Below, in pieces: positions 8,819 through 18,022 of a stretch of 64,000 bases of DNA; the stretch's first letter is position 1; each line of letters begins with the position of its first letter. The position numbers and the translations under genes were made by a program. The notes below the pieces were generated by a model. It was not told the origin of the DNA and did no database searches. It saw only the letters and a program-made list of their open reading frames with translations. The stretch is from a virus (taxonomy: Duplodnaviria > Caudoviricetes), in the IMG/VR virus record IMGVR_UViG_3300011335_000826, positions 1 to 64,000 of that record; one strand, written 5' to 3'.

Positions 8819-9918
8819 GCCAAGCACAATACAACCTAACCACCCGGACCGATTATCTCAGCCGTAAGATGTTTCTGGATCCTGAAGGTCCTGTAACCAT
8901 CCAACGCTTCGAAGAAGTCAAATACAACAAGATACAAAAGATTGAACAGACTGCTCGGGGATTCTTTTGGGTACCCGAAGAGATCAGTCTCAGCAAGGAT
9001 GCCAACGATTTTAAAGATGCCAGTGATGCGGTTAAACATATCTTCACTAGTAACTTGTTGCGCCAAACAGCATTGGATAGTTTACAAGGTCGCGGCCCGG
9101 CACAAGTATTCACTCCTTGTGTGAGCTTGCCAGAACTAGAAGCATTGATGTATAACTGGAGTTTCTTCGAGACCAACATCCATAGCCGTAGTTACAGTCA
9201 TATCATCCGTAACATCTATAATGTTCCCAAGGATGTGTTTAACACCATCCATGACACACAAGAGATTATCGACATGGCGTCAAGCGTGGGCAACTACTAC
9301 GACAAACTGCATGAGTTGAATTGTTTCAAAGAGATCAATCCAAAGACTGTGAGTGAAGAATCACACATCCGAGCCATCTGGATGGCCTTGCATGCCAGCT
9401 ATGCCCTAGAAGCATTCCGCTTCATGGTATCGTTTGCCACAAGCCTGGCCATGGTAGAGAACAAAATCTTCATTGGTAATGGCAACATCATCAGTTTGAT
9501 CCTGCAGGATGAACTGTTGCACAAAGAGTGGACAGCGTTCATGATCAACCAGGTCATAAAAGAAGATCCACGATTTGCAAAAGCCAAAGAAGAATGTGAA
9601 GCCGAGGTATACGAGTTATACATGGATGTGATCCGTGAAGAAAAAGCCTGGGCCGACTACTTGTTTAACAAAGGTCCAGTGATTGGACTTAATGCCAACA
9701 TCCTCAAAGATTTTGTGGATTACACAGCGGTAGGCGCACTCAAAGACATTGGTATCAAGTATCAATCACCTGCACCTAGAAATACTCCTATTCCTTGGTT
9801 CAATAAGCATTCAGATACATCCAAGAAACAAACTGCACTGCAAGAGAACGAATCAACTAACTATGTTATCGGTGTGATGAGCGAAAGCCTTGACTACGAC
9901 CAATTACCAAATCTATAA
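8815..9918 (+). CDS. nrdB: Ribonucleotide reductase class Ia beta subunit
   Basis: FFWVPEEI, ETNIHSRSYSHI, LEAFRF, QDELLH, TALQENES motifs. Confidence 0.98.
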   Translation: MSQAQYNLTTRTDYLSRKMFLDPEGPVTIQRFEEVKYNKIQKIEQTARGFFWVPEEISLSKDANDFKDASDAVKHIFTSNLLRQTALDSLQGRGPAQVFTPCVSLPELEALMYNWSFFETNIHSRSYSHIIRNIYNVPKDVFNTIHDTQEIIDMASSVGNYYDKLHELNCFKEINPKTVSEESHIRAIWMALHASYALEAFRFMVSFATSLAMVENKIFIGNGNIISLILQDELLHKEWTAFMINQVIKEDPRFAKAKEECEAEVYELYMDVIREEKAWADYLFNKGPVIGLNANILKDFVDYTAVGALKDIGIKYQSPAPRNTPIPWFNKHSDTSKKQTALQENESTNYVIGVMSESLDYDQLPNL

Positions 9919-9928
9919 GGAGAACACA

Positions 9929-10174
9929 ATGAAAGCCATAGTCTGGAGCAAAGACAATTGCACATTCTGCGACCAAGCTAAAGCTCTGTTAGAGCAACGC
10001 AACATCGCATATGAAGAAAAGAAAATCGGGCACGGATACACCCGAGAAGACTTGTTGGCAGCAGTGCCCACAGCAAGAGCAGTACCACAGATTTTTGTGA
10101 ACAACAACCATGTTGGCGGGTTCCCAGAACTGAGACAATACATCGAACAAACCGCCGGCGGATACGGAGATTAA
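9929..10174 (+). CDS. grx: Glutaredoxin
   Basis: CTFC active site, AVPQIF, HVGGF; SD AAGGAG. Confidence 0.93.
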   Translation: MKAIVWSKDNCTFCDQAKALLEQRNIAYEEKKIGHGYTREDLLAAVPTARAVPQIFVNNNHVGGFPELRQYIEQTAGGYGD

Positions 10175-10465
10175 ATGCTAATAGATAAAGGCGTCAGCCC
10201 AAACGAAGTGGTCACATTCAAACTCACATCAGGTGAGGAACTGGTGGCCAGACTTAATGAAGAAACCCCTACACACTACAAACTTTCAAAACCCATGGTC
10301 ATTGCTATGGGTGCAAAAGGGCCCGGGCTCATGCCCTATTTGTTCACTGTATCACCTGACAAAGATATCTCTTTGAGCAAAACCACCGTGACCGTGGCTG
10401 TGGCCAGCGATAAAGGATTTGCTGACCAATACATGCAAAGCACCACCAATATCCAATTGGTCTGA
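10175..10465 (+). CDS. Conserved hypothetical small beta-rich (Sm-like) protein
   Basis: TFKLTSGEELVARL pattern. Confidence 0.65.
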   Translation: MLIDKGVSPNEVVTFKLTSGEELVARLNEETPTHYKLSKPMVIAMGAKGPGLMPYLFTVSPDKDISLSKTTVTVAVASDKGFADQYMQSTTNIQLV

Positions 10466-10488
10466 CATTTTTTACCCATAAATAAAGC

Positions 10489-10695
10489 ATGGGACATAGA
10501 TTTGTGATCATGCGTGGCAATACTCTTGCTGAGTATGATCGCTATGAAAATATCCCGGATGATTTTGATCATGTGATAGAGTTTCTTCCTGAGATACCGC
10601 CGGAGCCACACACTCCGGAACAGCACGAAGAAATTGATTCATGGAATGATAAATTTTTAAGACTCATGGAGATTGAACATGCCCGCAGCCGCTAG
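10489..10695 (+). CDS. Hypothetical protein upstream of PAAR
   Basis: ATG 4 nt after TAAATA (10479-10484). Confidence 0.65.
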   Translation: MGHRFVIMRGNTLAEYDRYENIPDDFDHVIEFLPEIPPEPHTPEQHEEIDSWNDKFLRLMEIEHARSR

Positions 10696-10975
10696 AAAAG
10701 GCGATCAAGGAACACCACATTGCAGTGGATATACTATTGCTGAAGGCAGCGGAGATGTTTTTATCAATAATATCGCCGCTGCTAGACAAGGTGATAATTC
10801 AACACCGCATCTAAAGCCCGGACCTGGAAAGCCTCCCTGTAGCGTCCATTCTGCCTCAATCTCTAGAGGAAGTTCCACAGTTTTTGTTAACGGAATATCT
10901 TTGGCCAGGGTAGGCGACCCGCTGGCTGGGTGTACTTCTGTGGGCCAGGGTAGCCCGGATGTTTTTGCAGGATAA
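10679..10975 (+). CDS. PAAR-repeat spike tip protein (gp5.4-like)
   Basis: MPAAARKGD, AARQGD, LARVGD repeats; His/Cys ligands; GSPDVFAG end. Confidence 0.92.
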   Translation: MPAAARKGDQGTPHCSGYTIAEGSGDVFINNIAAARQGDNSTPHLKPGPGKPPCSVHSASISRGSSTVFVNGISLARVGDPLAGCTSVGQGSPDVFAG

Positions 10976-10978
10976 CAC

Positions 10979-12916
10979 ATGGTAGTAAGTGTACTAACAC
11001 CTTTACAAATGATCGCTGGAGCCACATTAAGCAACAATGGCGGAGTGAGCTTGGCCAACACTTGGACTGCTGCTGTTGGTAGTTATACCGGTACTACACT
11101 GATCTCGGATTATTTTTCTGCTGTGAGTGCTGCTTATTCAAATACCGCTGCCAACATCAGCAGTAATACATTGAGTTACATGGTTACATTCTGCTCCGGC
11201 ACTGTTCCGGCTCTGGCCGATAACACACCGGCAGCCTATTCTGGTCTGGGTACTAATGCATTGTCTGGATTCACTGGTATAGTAAATTCACAAGGCAGCA
11301 GTTATCTTGGCAATGGAAATGTCACGGTATTTGCACAGGTATTTTCCGCTGCCCAAGGCTATGTGACCACCACCAACGATTATATCAATACCAGCATCAA
11401 TAGCCAGACCTATCTTGGATCGACTTTCACCACAATGAATAGTCTAGTTACTGGTAATCTCAGTGACACCACTTTGGCCATGGGAACATTTGGTGCTGAT
11501 CTTGCCAAACTAGGACAGCTGATTGATTTAAACAATCTAGGAAACTTTGGATCTCCTGGTGCATTGTTTAGACAGTTGATCACCTTGACAAACATCACCC
11601 CTGGGATTCGTACTGCATTGATACAGGCCGGGTTAGATGAGGCCAGCATTGGTAATCTCACTAACCCTAATATCAATGTGGATACCAATGTGCAACGATT
11701 GGCATACATTGGCATGCAGAATGTCACTGGCACTGATCTAGAACAGGTATTGGCTATATTTGGTGTGACTACTCCTAATATCACGACCATGGCTGACTTG
11801 TTAAATCCTGTGAAGATCTTTCCTAACAGTTTTCCTAGCCTCACAGTGAGAACTTATAATCAGGATGCCACTTCGGTATTACGAGCCATCTACGATAATA
11901 ACCAAGGGGTTGTAAATTCAAAATTATTGATCTATCTACCAAAGTATGTGTTGTTACTAGCAGGGCCAAATACCATCACCTATGAGCGTCTCAGTAGGAT
12001 CATACCTTCTGACCAAGCATTGGCTAACAAAGCCATCCAGGTGAGTTTGCAACAGATCAAAAATATCAGTACTCTCACATTGTTCCAGTTGGCCACAGCA
12101 TTTAGCAATATGGAGACCACTAGAGACCTGCCCGCAATATCCGCATTGCAAGAAGCAGTACCGGCATCTGTGGCTGCTTACTATAACAGCACCTATGCCA
12201 CAGGCAGCGGGCCTAATGGCACATTGGTCATAACCGATCTATTAGGAGCAGCCGTGGGAATACCATTTACTAGTGATCTCACCAATGTAACTACTACAAT
12301 CAATTCAATGACCACAGCAGGTATACTAGGCACATTGATTGTGACCTATGTAAGGATGAAAGACACTGTGGATGGGGTTTACAATACAGGTGTGGGCAAT
12401 ACTGTGCTCATACCCGCAGGTCCAGGAGCAGGAACATACAGCAATGTGGATTTAGCATTGAGTGCTTTGATCAGCAACGCTTCATCTGAAGTGTCCGGTA
12501 TACAAAGTTCATATCCCACACAAAGTGCTAACCTAAACGCCAACTTTACTGACATGGCATCAAGTCTTGTTACAGAAAATACCAATCTATCTTTGGCCAG
12601 TATAGATATCCCCAACTTGTTGACCACAGGTCGTGGACCAATCATGAGCTTTGTACAGACTTTACCTAGCTACGGGATAAACACTGAAGAGAATGGGCCT
12701 AGCCAATTCCTTGAAACTGTGGCGGATCTCGACACACAAGGTGGCCAAGCCATAGTGGCATGTTTAAGAGAAGGCAGGAACATTGCTGTATTGAATGCAG
12801 TGAATGTAGGTGTGGATACTAATATACCGGCTACTCCAACTTCGGTTCCACCACAGGCAAATTTGATTCCTAGTACCTATTCCGACGCAGAAGCAGCCAA
12901 TTTGGTCGTAAAATAG
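10979..12916 (+). CDS. Large Thr/Asn/Ser-rich virion structural protein (tail/baseplate)
   Basis: 645 aa directly after PAAR; composition typical of virion proteins. Confidence 0.6.
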   Translation: MVVSVLTPLQMIAGATLSNNGGVSLANTWTAAVGSYTGTTLISDYFSAVSAAYSNTAANISSNTLSYMVTFCSGTVPALADNTPAAYSGLGTNALSGFTGIVNSQGSSYLGNGNVTVFAQVFSAAQGYVTTTNDYINTSINSQTYLGSTFTTMNSLVTGNLSDTTLAMGTFGADLAKLGQLIDLNNLGNFGSPGALFRQLITLTNITPGIRTALIQAGLDEASIGNLTNPNINVDTNVQRLAYIGMQNVTGTDLEQVLAIFGVTTPNITTMADLLNPVKIFPNSFPSLTVRTYNQDATSVLRAIYDNNQGVVNSKLLIYLPKYVLLLAGPNTITYERLSRIIPSDQALANKAIQVSLQQIKNISTLTLFQLATAFSNMETTRDLPAISALQEAVPASVAAYYNSTYATGSGPNGTLVITDLLGAAVGIPFTSDLTNVTTTINSMTTAGILGTLIVTYVRMKDTVDGVYNTGVGNTVLIPAGPGAGTYSNVDLALSALISNASSEVSGIQSSYPTQSANLNANFTDMASSLVTENTNLSLASIDIPNLLTTGRGPIMSFVQTLPSYGINTEENGPSQFLETVADLDTQGGQAIVACLREGRNIAVLNAVNVGVDTNIPATPTSVPPQANLIPSTYSDAEAANLVVK

Positions 12917-12989
12917 CACGGATATCAGTATTATTACTAAGTAACATGTGCCACAAGCACACCTAACAATTTTAAAAAGGAAAAACTTC

Positions 12990-13889
12990 ATGAAGAAATA
13001 TGCTTTACTCTTGGCCCTGGCATTGGCCGCAAGTGCTGCTACAGCACAAACCGCTCCCCAAGTCAGTGTCTATGGCAAAGTGCGTGAATATCAAGAATCA
13101 TACACAGCTGGTACTGCTAGTGCTCTTACACGCTTGACCAATGACTCAAGCCGTCTAGGTGTCAAAGCCACTGCTGATGTTGGTGATGGTATCACTGCTG
13201 GTGCTGTGATTGAAACTGGCGTAGCAATGGATGCACCAAGTGCTACCACCCTAGGCGATCGCACCGCCATCTTTAGCTTGAGCAACAGCTTGGGTTCTTT
13301 GGGCATGGGCCGTGACAAGCACTCAGTGACTCGTGTGTTGGACGGATACGATGCATTCGACAATGCGTACGGCACCATCGTGACCACAATTCACTCTGCA
13401 CAAGGCAGCCGTTTACAAAATGGTTTGTTCGTGAACACAGCAAGTATCGCTGGCTTCACTGGACAATATGTGATGGCCAATAGTGAAACAGCCGGAACTA
13501 CTAATGTTCAAACTGGTAGCATCGGTTACACTTTAGGACCTTTGTCTGCTATGGTTGCTCGTTATGATGACAGCAGCACTAGTCTTAGCACCATCGTTGG
13601 TGTGAAATACAAACTGGCTAGTACTGGAACCACTGTGTTCGGAATGTATAGCGATGACAAGGTATCTAATGTAAGTACCACAGGTTCTAGCGTTGGTATC
13701 AGCCAAGCCGTTAGTGACCGTGTTAGTGTGCAAGGCACATACGGTCAGACCAACACCAGTGTGACTGGTCGTGGCTTGGGTGTAACATATGCAATGAACA
13801 AAGCATTGAGTTTCCATGGTCGTTGGAGTTACCTCGACGCTGCTACTGATGTGAACCAATACGGTGTGGGCGTAGAATTCAACTTCTAA
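12990..13889 (+). CDS. Gram-negative outer membrane porin (betaproteobacterial type)
   Basis: Signal peptide; VSVYG, SRLGVK, GSLGMGRD motifs; C-terminal GVEFNF; TAAGTA upstream. Confidence 0.9.
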   Translation: MKKYALLLALALAASAATAQTAPQVSVYGKVREYQESYTAGTASALTRLTNDSSRLGVKATADVGDGITAGAVIETGVAMDAPSATTLGDRTAIFSLSNSLGSLGMGRDKHSVTRVLDGYDAFDNAYGTIVTTIHSAQGSRLQNGLFVNTASIAGFTGQYVMANSETAGTTNVQTGSIGYTLGPLSAMVARYDDSSTSLSTIVGVKYKLASTGTTVFGMYSDDKVSNVSTTGSSVGISQAVSDRVSVQGTYGQTNTSVTGRGLGVTYAMNKALSFHGRWSYLDAATDVNQYGVGVEFNF

Positions 13890-13905
13890 ATTGTCGACAA
13901 ACAAT

Positions 13906-13934
13906 AAAAACCCCTGCCTAGGCAGGGTTTTTTT
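13906..13934 (+). terminator. Rho-independent terminator, probably bidirectional
   Basis: AAAAACCCCTGCC-TA-GGCAGGGTTTTTTT between convergent genes. Confidence 0.85.
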
Positions 13935-13944
13935 GTGGGGTTAG

Positions 13945-14661
13945 TTAGCGCCGAAGGAAACTGCGTTTGATTAGATCTTGTATTTTATTGAGATCACAAC
14001 CAATATCTATTACTATCCGATGCTGGTTGCTGCGGTTCACTACCCAATGAGCGTGTTGGTAATTGTTGATTAAAAAAACATCACCTTCTTGGATTGGGAT
14101 ATTGCCCCAATCTAAAAACCCAAACTCACAACCGTCAGGCCATGTCACAGCAGCATATACCTTGTTGAGCCATTTGTTACCAGTGCATAGATCATAGTGT
14201 GGTTGATAATATCCCTGGGGACCCAATACATAATAACTCACGACATTGATAGCATCATCATCTAAGAATGAATTTATCCATTTTCTCACCGGATGATCAC
14301 TACCAAGATGCCATGTAAAATCCATGTCATGCCTGTGTTTCTTGCACAAACCATCTTCGTCGTCACTGTAATGGTCTTGATCATGGATGTAGCTGTCAGT
14401 GGAAATTTTGTTTATCCACTCTTCCCAGCTTTTTGGACCAAACAGTACCTTTCCAGTCCAGGGGTAGAAATGAGTTCTTTCACCACCGTGCTTCCATTGA
14501 TTTCGCCAAACGGTACTTTCGGTCACGGCATCACTTAATACTTCGGGAGAAAACTTTGGAACTTCAAGATCCAACTTCAGCCAAGGTAGTCCGGATGACA
14601 GTATTGAATCTAACTGTAAGGAATTTTCTCTGCTGAGATCATCTATTAGTTTTGTAGTCAT
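13945..14661 (-). CDS. 2OG-Fe(II) oxygenase, Asp/Asn beta-hydroxylase-like
   Basis: LGPQGYYQPHYD (HxD) ... HAHWVVNRSNQHRI. Confidence 0.75.
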   Translation of the reverse strand: MTTKLIDDLSRENSLQLDSILSSGLPWLKLDLEVPKFSPEVLSDAVTESTVWRNQWKHGGERTHFYPWTGKVLFGPKSWEEWINKISTDSYIHDQDHYSDDEDGLCKKHRHDMDFTWHLGSDHPVRKWINSFLDDDAINVVSYYVLGPQGYYQPHYDLCTGNKWLNKVYAAVTWPDGCEFGFLDWGNIPIQEGDVFLINNYQHAHWVVNRSNQHRIVIDIGCDLNKIQDLIKRSFLRR

Positions 14662-15082
14662 TGTTGTGATTTGAAAATTTGGTTCTAAAATGCCATATAG
14701 GGAAATGAATATCTAATTCATATACTCCATCGAGATCAAATCTTGTACCCGGGCAATAATAAGATGGGCTAGATCGATAATCGAAATCAATCTGGTTGTA
14801 ATCAGGATATTGTTTTCCTGTCAAGATAATCAAGTCCAGCTCAATGTAATCTATCTCTATATTTGTCATCTGCAACCATGTAGGGTGTTGATCATCCCAC
14901 ACTTTGCCCGAGAATTGAACCACTAACGCATCAATGGGTTTAAATTCTAGGTCACATATTATCTTGCCTGACCCTGATTGGACTTCGTGGTTATGAGAAA
15001 ATCTTTCAAATCTTGTGCCTACGGATATTGTTGGAGTGCATCCGTTTATTTCAGAAATGTAAGTTATCTCTACATGGGTCAT
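14639..15082 (-). CDS. Hypothetical protein, paralog of 45355-45804
   Basis: AT-rich; shares IxID and G-x-x-x-L-x-(I/V)-x-x-P-aromatic tail; start uncertain. Confidence 0.55.
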   Translation of the reverse strand: MTHVEITYISEINGCTPTISVGTRFERFSHNHEVQSGSGKIICDLEFKPIDALVVQFSGKVWDDQHPTWLQMTNIEIDYIELDLIILTGKQYPDYNQIDFDYRSSPSYYCPGTRFDLDGVYELDIHFPIWHFRTKFSNHNNDYKTNR

Positions 15083-15157
15083 GCAGTATATAGTTGACTT
15101 ACTAATTTGATGGTAATTTCTAAATTCCAACTTGATTTGCAAACTAATCTTGTGGTA

Positions 15158-15215
15158 AAATCGCAACAATACTTGTGATTTTTCGGTTGACCAGTATTGC
15201 TCGAACTGCTATAAT
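15158..15215 (+). promoter_or_regulatory. Early sigma70 promoter with upstream AAATCGCAAC box
   Basis: AAATCGCAAC-19-TTGACC-17-TATAAT, extended -10 TGC. Confidence 0.85.
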
Positions 15216-15244
15216 ATGGACATGTTCAGAATAAAGGACTCAAA

Positions 15245-15415
15245 ATGAGCAAGATGTCAGATCTATACATGGAAGTCGAACAGATGTTGGCGGAGGGAGA
15301 GCACCCTGCCCGCATCGCTCGACGCTTGGGCATCCCACTGAGCACGGTTTATGATGTGCTGGAAAGCATGCCAGAAGAAGACGAAATCGCAACTGGAGTT
15401 GGTGAATTCGGTTGA
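15245..15415 (+). CDS. Small helix-turn-helix protein (56 aa, not in ORF track)
   Basis: MSKMSDLYMEVEQMLAEGEHPARIARRLGIPLSTVYDVLES...; AAGGA SD. Confidence 0.75.
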   Translation: MSKMSDLYMEVEQMLAEGEHPARIARRLGIPLSTVYDVLESMPEEDEIATGVGEFG

Positions 15416-15440
15416 CCCGTATTGTCCGAACTGCTATAAT
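15384..15440 (+). promoter_or_regulatory. Early sigma70 promoter with AAATCGCAAC box
   Basis: AAATCGCAAC-18-TTGACC-17-TATAAT. Confidence 0.85.
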
Positions 15441-15473
15441 ACACACATAGACAGCAACAAACAGGAGTTCCAA

Positions 15474-15659
15474 ATGCAAGTTACTATTGACATCCCCAAA
15501 AAAGTCATAAACAACATCAAAAAATCTGCTGAGGTTTACGGCAATGTGACACCTACAGATGCTCAAATCAAAGAGTTTTTGAAATGGCATGTGCTGGGCA
15601 TCTACACTGACTTCCACGGAGAAGACCTGGAACACATTACATCCGAAAATTTTAATTGA
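15474..15659 (+). CDS. Hypothetical early protein
   Basis: AGGAG SD; start MQVTID. Confidence 0.7.
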   Translation: MQVTIDIPKKVINNIKKSAEVYGNVTPTDAQIKEFLKWHVLGIYTDFHGEDLEHITSENFN

Positions 15660-15684
15660 ACTACCTCTCAGCAAGGAGCATCAC

Positions 15685-15978
15685 ATGCAAATCGCAAAAG
15701 TTCAAGTTGGTGAGCAACATAGCAAATACAGCAAGACTCGTATCTATGTTCACCCGCAAGGTGAGTCGCTGCGGGACAATCTGTCCAACCGCAACACTCG
15801 CCCACACACCGTCTACCGCAAAGAAGTGCTGCCCAAACTGTTCACGCAGTTGGGGTGGAATCCGGATACCAAAGTCAAGTGGAGCCAATACGCTGGTTGC
15901 TCTTGCCCTTGCTCGCCTGGGTTTGTGGTAGACAATGTTTACGGTCGCAACATCTGGGTTGATGTGGTTGACCAGTAA
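15685..15978 (+). CDS. Hypothetical early protein with GCSCPCSPG motif
   Basis: AAGGAG SD; start MQIAKV. Confidence 0.7.
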   Translation: MQIAKVQVGEQHSKYSKTRIYVHPQGESLRDNLSNRNTRPHTVYRKEVLPKLFTQLGWNPDTKVKWSQYAGCSCPCSPGFVVDNVYGRNIWVDVVDQ

Positions 15979-15996
15979 CCATTTTTCGTTTACAAT
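15968..15996 (+). promoter_or_regulatory. sigma70 promoter
   Basis: TTGACC-17-TACAAT. Confidence 0.75.
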
Positions 15997-16028
15997 ACAT
16001 TTCATTCGTTAATTTTCTAGGAGGCTTT

Positions 16029-16400
16029 ATGCTTTATACTTTCGCTGGTACTTCCGTTCTCAAAGGTGATGTCAAGGTTCGTTTTGCTAACTCTGACGCT
16101 CGTGCCAAACAACTGGCCAAACTGGGTGACACCGCTATCAACATCGTTGAACTGCCGTCCGCAATGGACAAGGCCAGTGCTGTGGCACACTTGTTGAGCC
16201 TGCCTGCTTTTGCTGATGTGCAGGACGCACTGAAGGCAGAGGTGGCTCCTCGAGCCAAAGCCAAGCCCGCTCGCACTTTGAAGGTGCGTGTGTCTAAGGT
16301 CAAGGCAGTAAAAGCCAAGACTCGTGTGGTGAAAGCACCTGTAGAAGTCACTGAAGCAGAAGTGGATGCACTGATGCAGGCTGCTTACGGCACCAAGTAA
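16029..16400 (+). CDS. KVRFAN-family protein with Lys/Ala-rich tail (paralog of 60091-60429)
   Basis: AGT...VKVRFAN...INIVELP.AM.K shared with 60091. Confidence 0.75.
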   Translation: MLYTFAGTSVLKGDVKVRFANSDARAKQLAKLGDTAINIVELPSAMDKASAVAHLLSLPAFADVQDALKAEVAPRAKAKPARTLKVRVSKVKAVKAKTRVVKAPVEVTEAEVDALMQAAYGTK

Positions 16401-16405
16401 ACATC

Positions 16406-16759
16406 ATGTCAGGCTGGAATACACTCAGAAAGATCCAAGTTCTTAGAGAACGAGCAGACCTGCTGGGTATGCAGTTTGCTCCTTACAGGCATGATGACCC
16501 TAATGCGGAAAATGTGGCATTGATCCCCCGGGATCAGAACGCATTGCCTATCTACACTCGTGATGCTATTTTGTTTGCTGGGACATTGGATGATGCTGAC
16601 TATTTCATGCGAGGCGTGCTGTGGGCACGAGAATACGATCGTATGACCGTTGATCAGAAGTTGGACGACAAGCGTGTTCGCAAAGAACAAGATCTGCGTA
16701 ATCGTCAGTTATTGAAAACATTGAAAGATGGCGTAGTGACAAAAAAGGAGAAGGCATAA
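16406..16759 (+). CDS. Hypothetical protein
   Basis: ORF in tightly packed operon. Confidence 0.7.
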   Translation: MSGWNTLRKIQVLRERADLLGMQFAPYRHDDPNAENVALIPRDQNALPIYTRDAILFAGTLDDADYFMRGVLWAREYDRMTVDQKLDDKRVRKEQDLRNRQLLKTLKDGVVTKKEKA

Positions 16760-17232
16760 TGGGATTGGACATGTATGCGTATGTGGCTGCTAAGGCTGGT
16801 GCCCAGGCAGACTATGACGAAGGGATGGCGTGGGACAAAGAAAAGGGTGCAATAGTAAATCCCAGTGTGACCCAGCCACGCGAGATCGCTTACTGGCGTA
16901 AACATCCCAACCTGCATGGCTGGATGCAGCGACTGTGGGTTCGCAAAACCAACGAACGCCTGGCCCAGGACCAGGGCCCTTGTGACAAAGCTGGGTGGTG
17001 GTCTGAGCCGGACCATGCAGGTGAGTTCAATGGTGTTGAACTTGAACTCACCTGGGATGACCTTGAACAGTTGGAACAGGATATCCGCAACAAAAATCTG
17101 CCCAGCACCACCGGATTCTTTTTTGGCGACGAGCGAGACAATGAATATCGAGAACAGGATTTGAAGTTTGTGCGCGAAGCCAAGGCTGAAGTGTTCTTGG
17201 GTCTTAAAGTTTTCTACAACAGTTCATGGTAG
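16759..17232 (+). CDS. Conserved phage hypothetical protein
   Basis: MGLDMY ... IAYWRKHPNLHGWM ... FYNSSW family pattern. Confidence 0.75.
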   Translation: MGLDMYAYVAAKAGAQADYDEGMAWDKEKGAIVNPSVTQPREIAYWRKHPNLHGWMQRLWVRKTNERLAQDQGPCDKAGWWSEPDHAGEFNGVELELTWDDLEQLEQDIRNKNLPSTTGFFFGDERDNEYREQDLKFVREAKAEVFLGLKVFYNSSW

Positions 17233-18020
17233 ATTTTGAACTCAAATTTCGCGGAGCACCCGCTTTGCAATGCCAACTCAATGGTAGTGAGTTGTCTCGG
17301 CGATATTTAGGTCTATTGAAAAAGCAATACCATACAGATAGTTCTCCAATATTTCGAGATCAACAACTGTACACAACGGATTACTTTCGAAAATTGGCCA
17401 TTACTGCAAAGACTGTATTGGGATGGACTTGGATAAGTGATGAATATGGAATCAACACTACTACCCAACTTCACAAAGATCTTGAAGAATATTTGTCAAA
17501 AGGGTTTGCACATATTCCTGAAGAACATGATCATCTGATACACGAGTTGCATTTTTGTTTGCATGCGATTGAAAGTGGTAGCAAAAGAGGAGCATGGCTC
17601 CAAATTGAATGGTTCAACGATGAAGGATTCAATATCAACTCCGACGAGTATCCGGCAAAGCTAAATCTTGACTTTGGCGATATTAGATTACAAAATCCCT
17701 ATGTAGGGCACCATCCTTTATTTTTATATGATCAACAAGACGATATCAATGTTTCACAAACTTGTAAATTTCACGACTTTGTAAAGCCGGGTATCAACAT
17801 TGTAATTGACAAAGTAATCAATGAAAGAGAATTTGATTGGCAAAAATATCTTAAATGGTTTGAAACAGTCGCACCAGACTTTGTATTGCAACATGGCTTA
17901 GAACAATTGAAAAAATTCACTGGTCACCCGGTGGTAGGAACTGTAATCAACAAATCTGATCTTGCTGAGTTGGTTGAACAGCCGGTACTTGAATTTGAAT
18001 CTATTGTGTTTAATTATTGA
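17226..18020 (+). CDS. AT-rich hypothetical protein
   Basis: 264 aa, overlaps upstream gene by 7 nt; visibly lower GC than neighbours. Confidence 0.65.
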   Translation: MVDFELKFRGAPALQCQLNGSELSRRYLGLLKKQYHTDSSPIFRDQQLYTTDYFRKLAITAKTVLGWTWISDEYGINTTTQLHKDLEEYLSKGFAHIPEEHDHLIHELHFCLHAIESGSKRGAWLQIEWFNDEGFNINSDEYPAKLNLDFGDIRLQNPYVGHHPLFLYDQQDDINVSQTCKFHDFVKPGINIVIDKVINEREFDWQKYLKWFETVAPDFVLQHGLEQLKKFTGHPVVGTVINKSDLAELVEQPVLEFESIVFNY

Positions 18021-18022
18021 TC

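Noticed and set aside
5581-9918. Intron, intein or homing endonuclease in the nrd locus
   Set aside because: nrdA and nrdB are uninterrupted and of normal length; the inserted gene has lipoprotein and glycosidase motifs, not HNH, GIY-YIG or LAGLIDADG.
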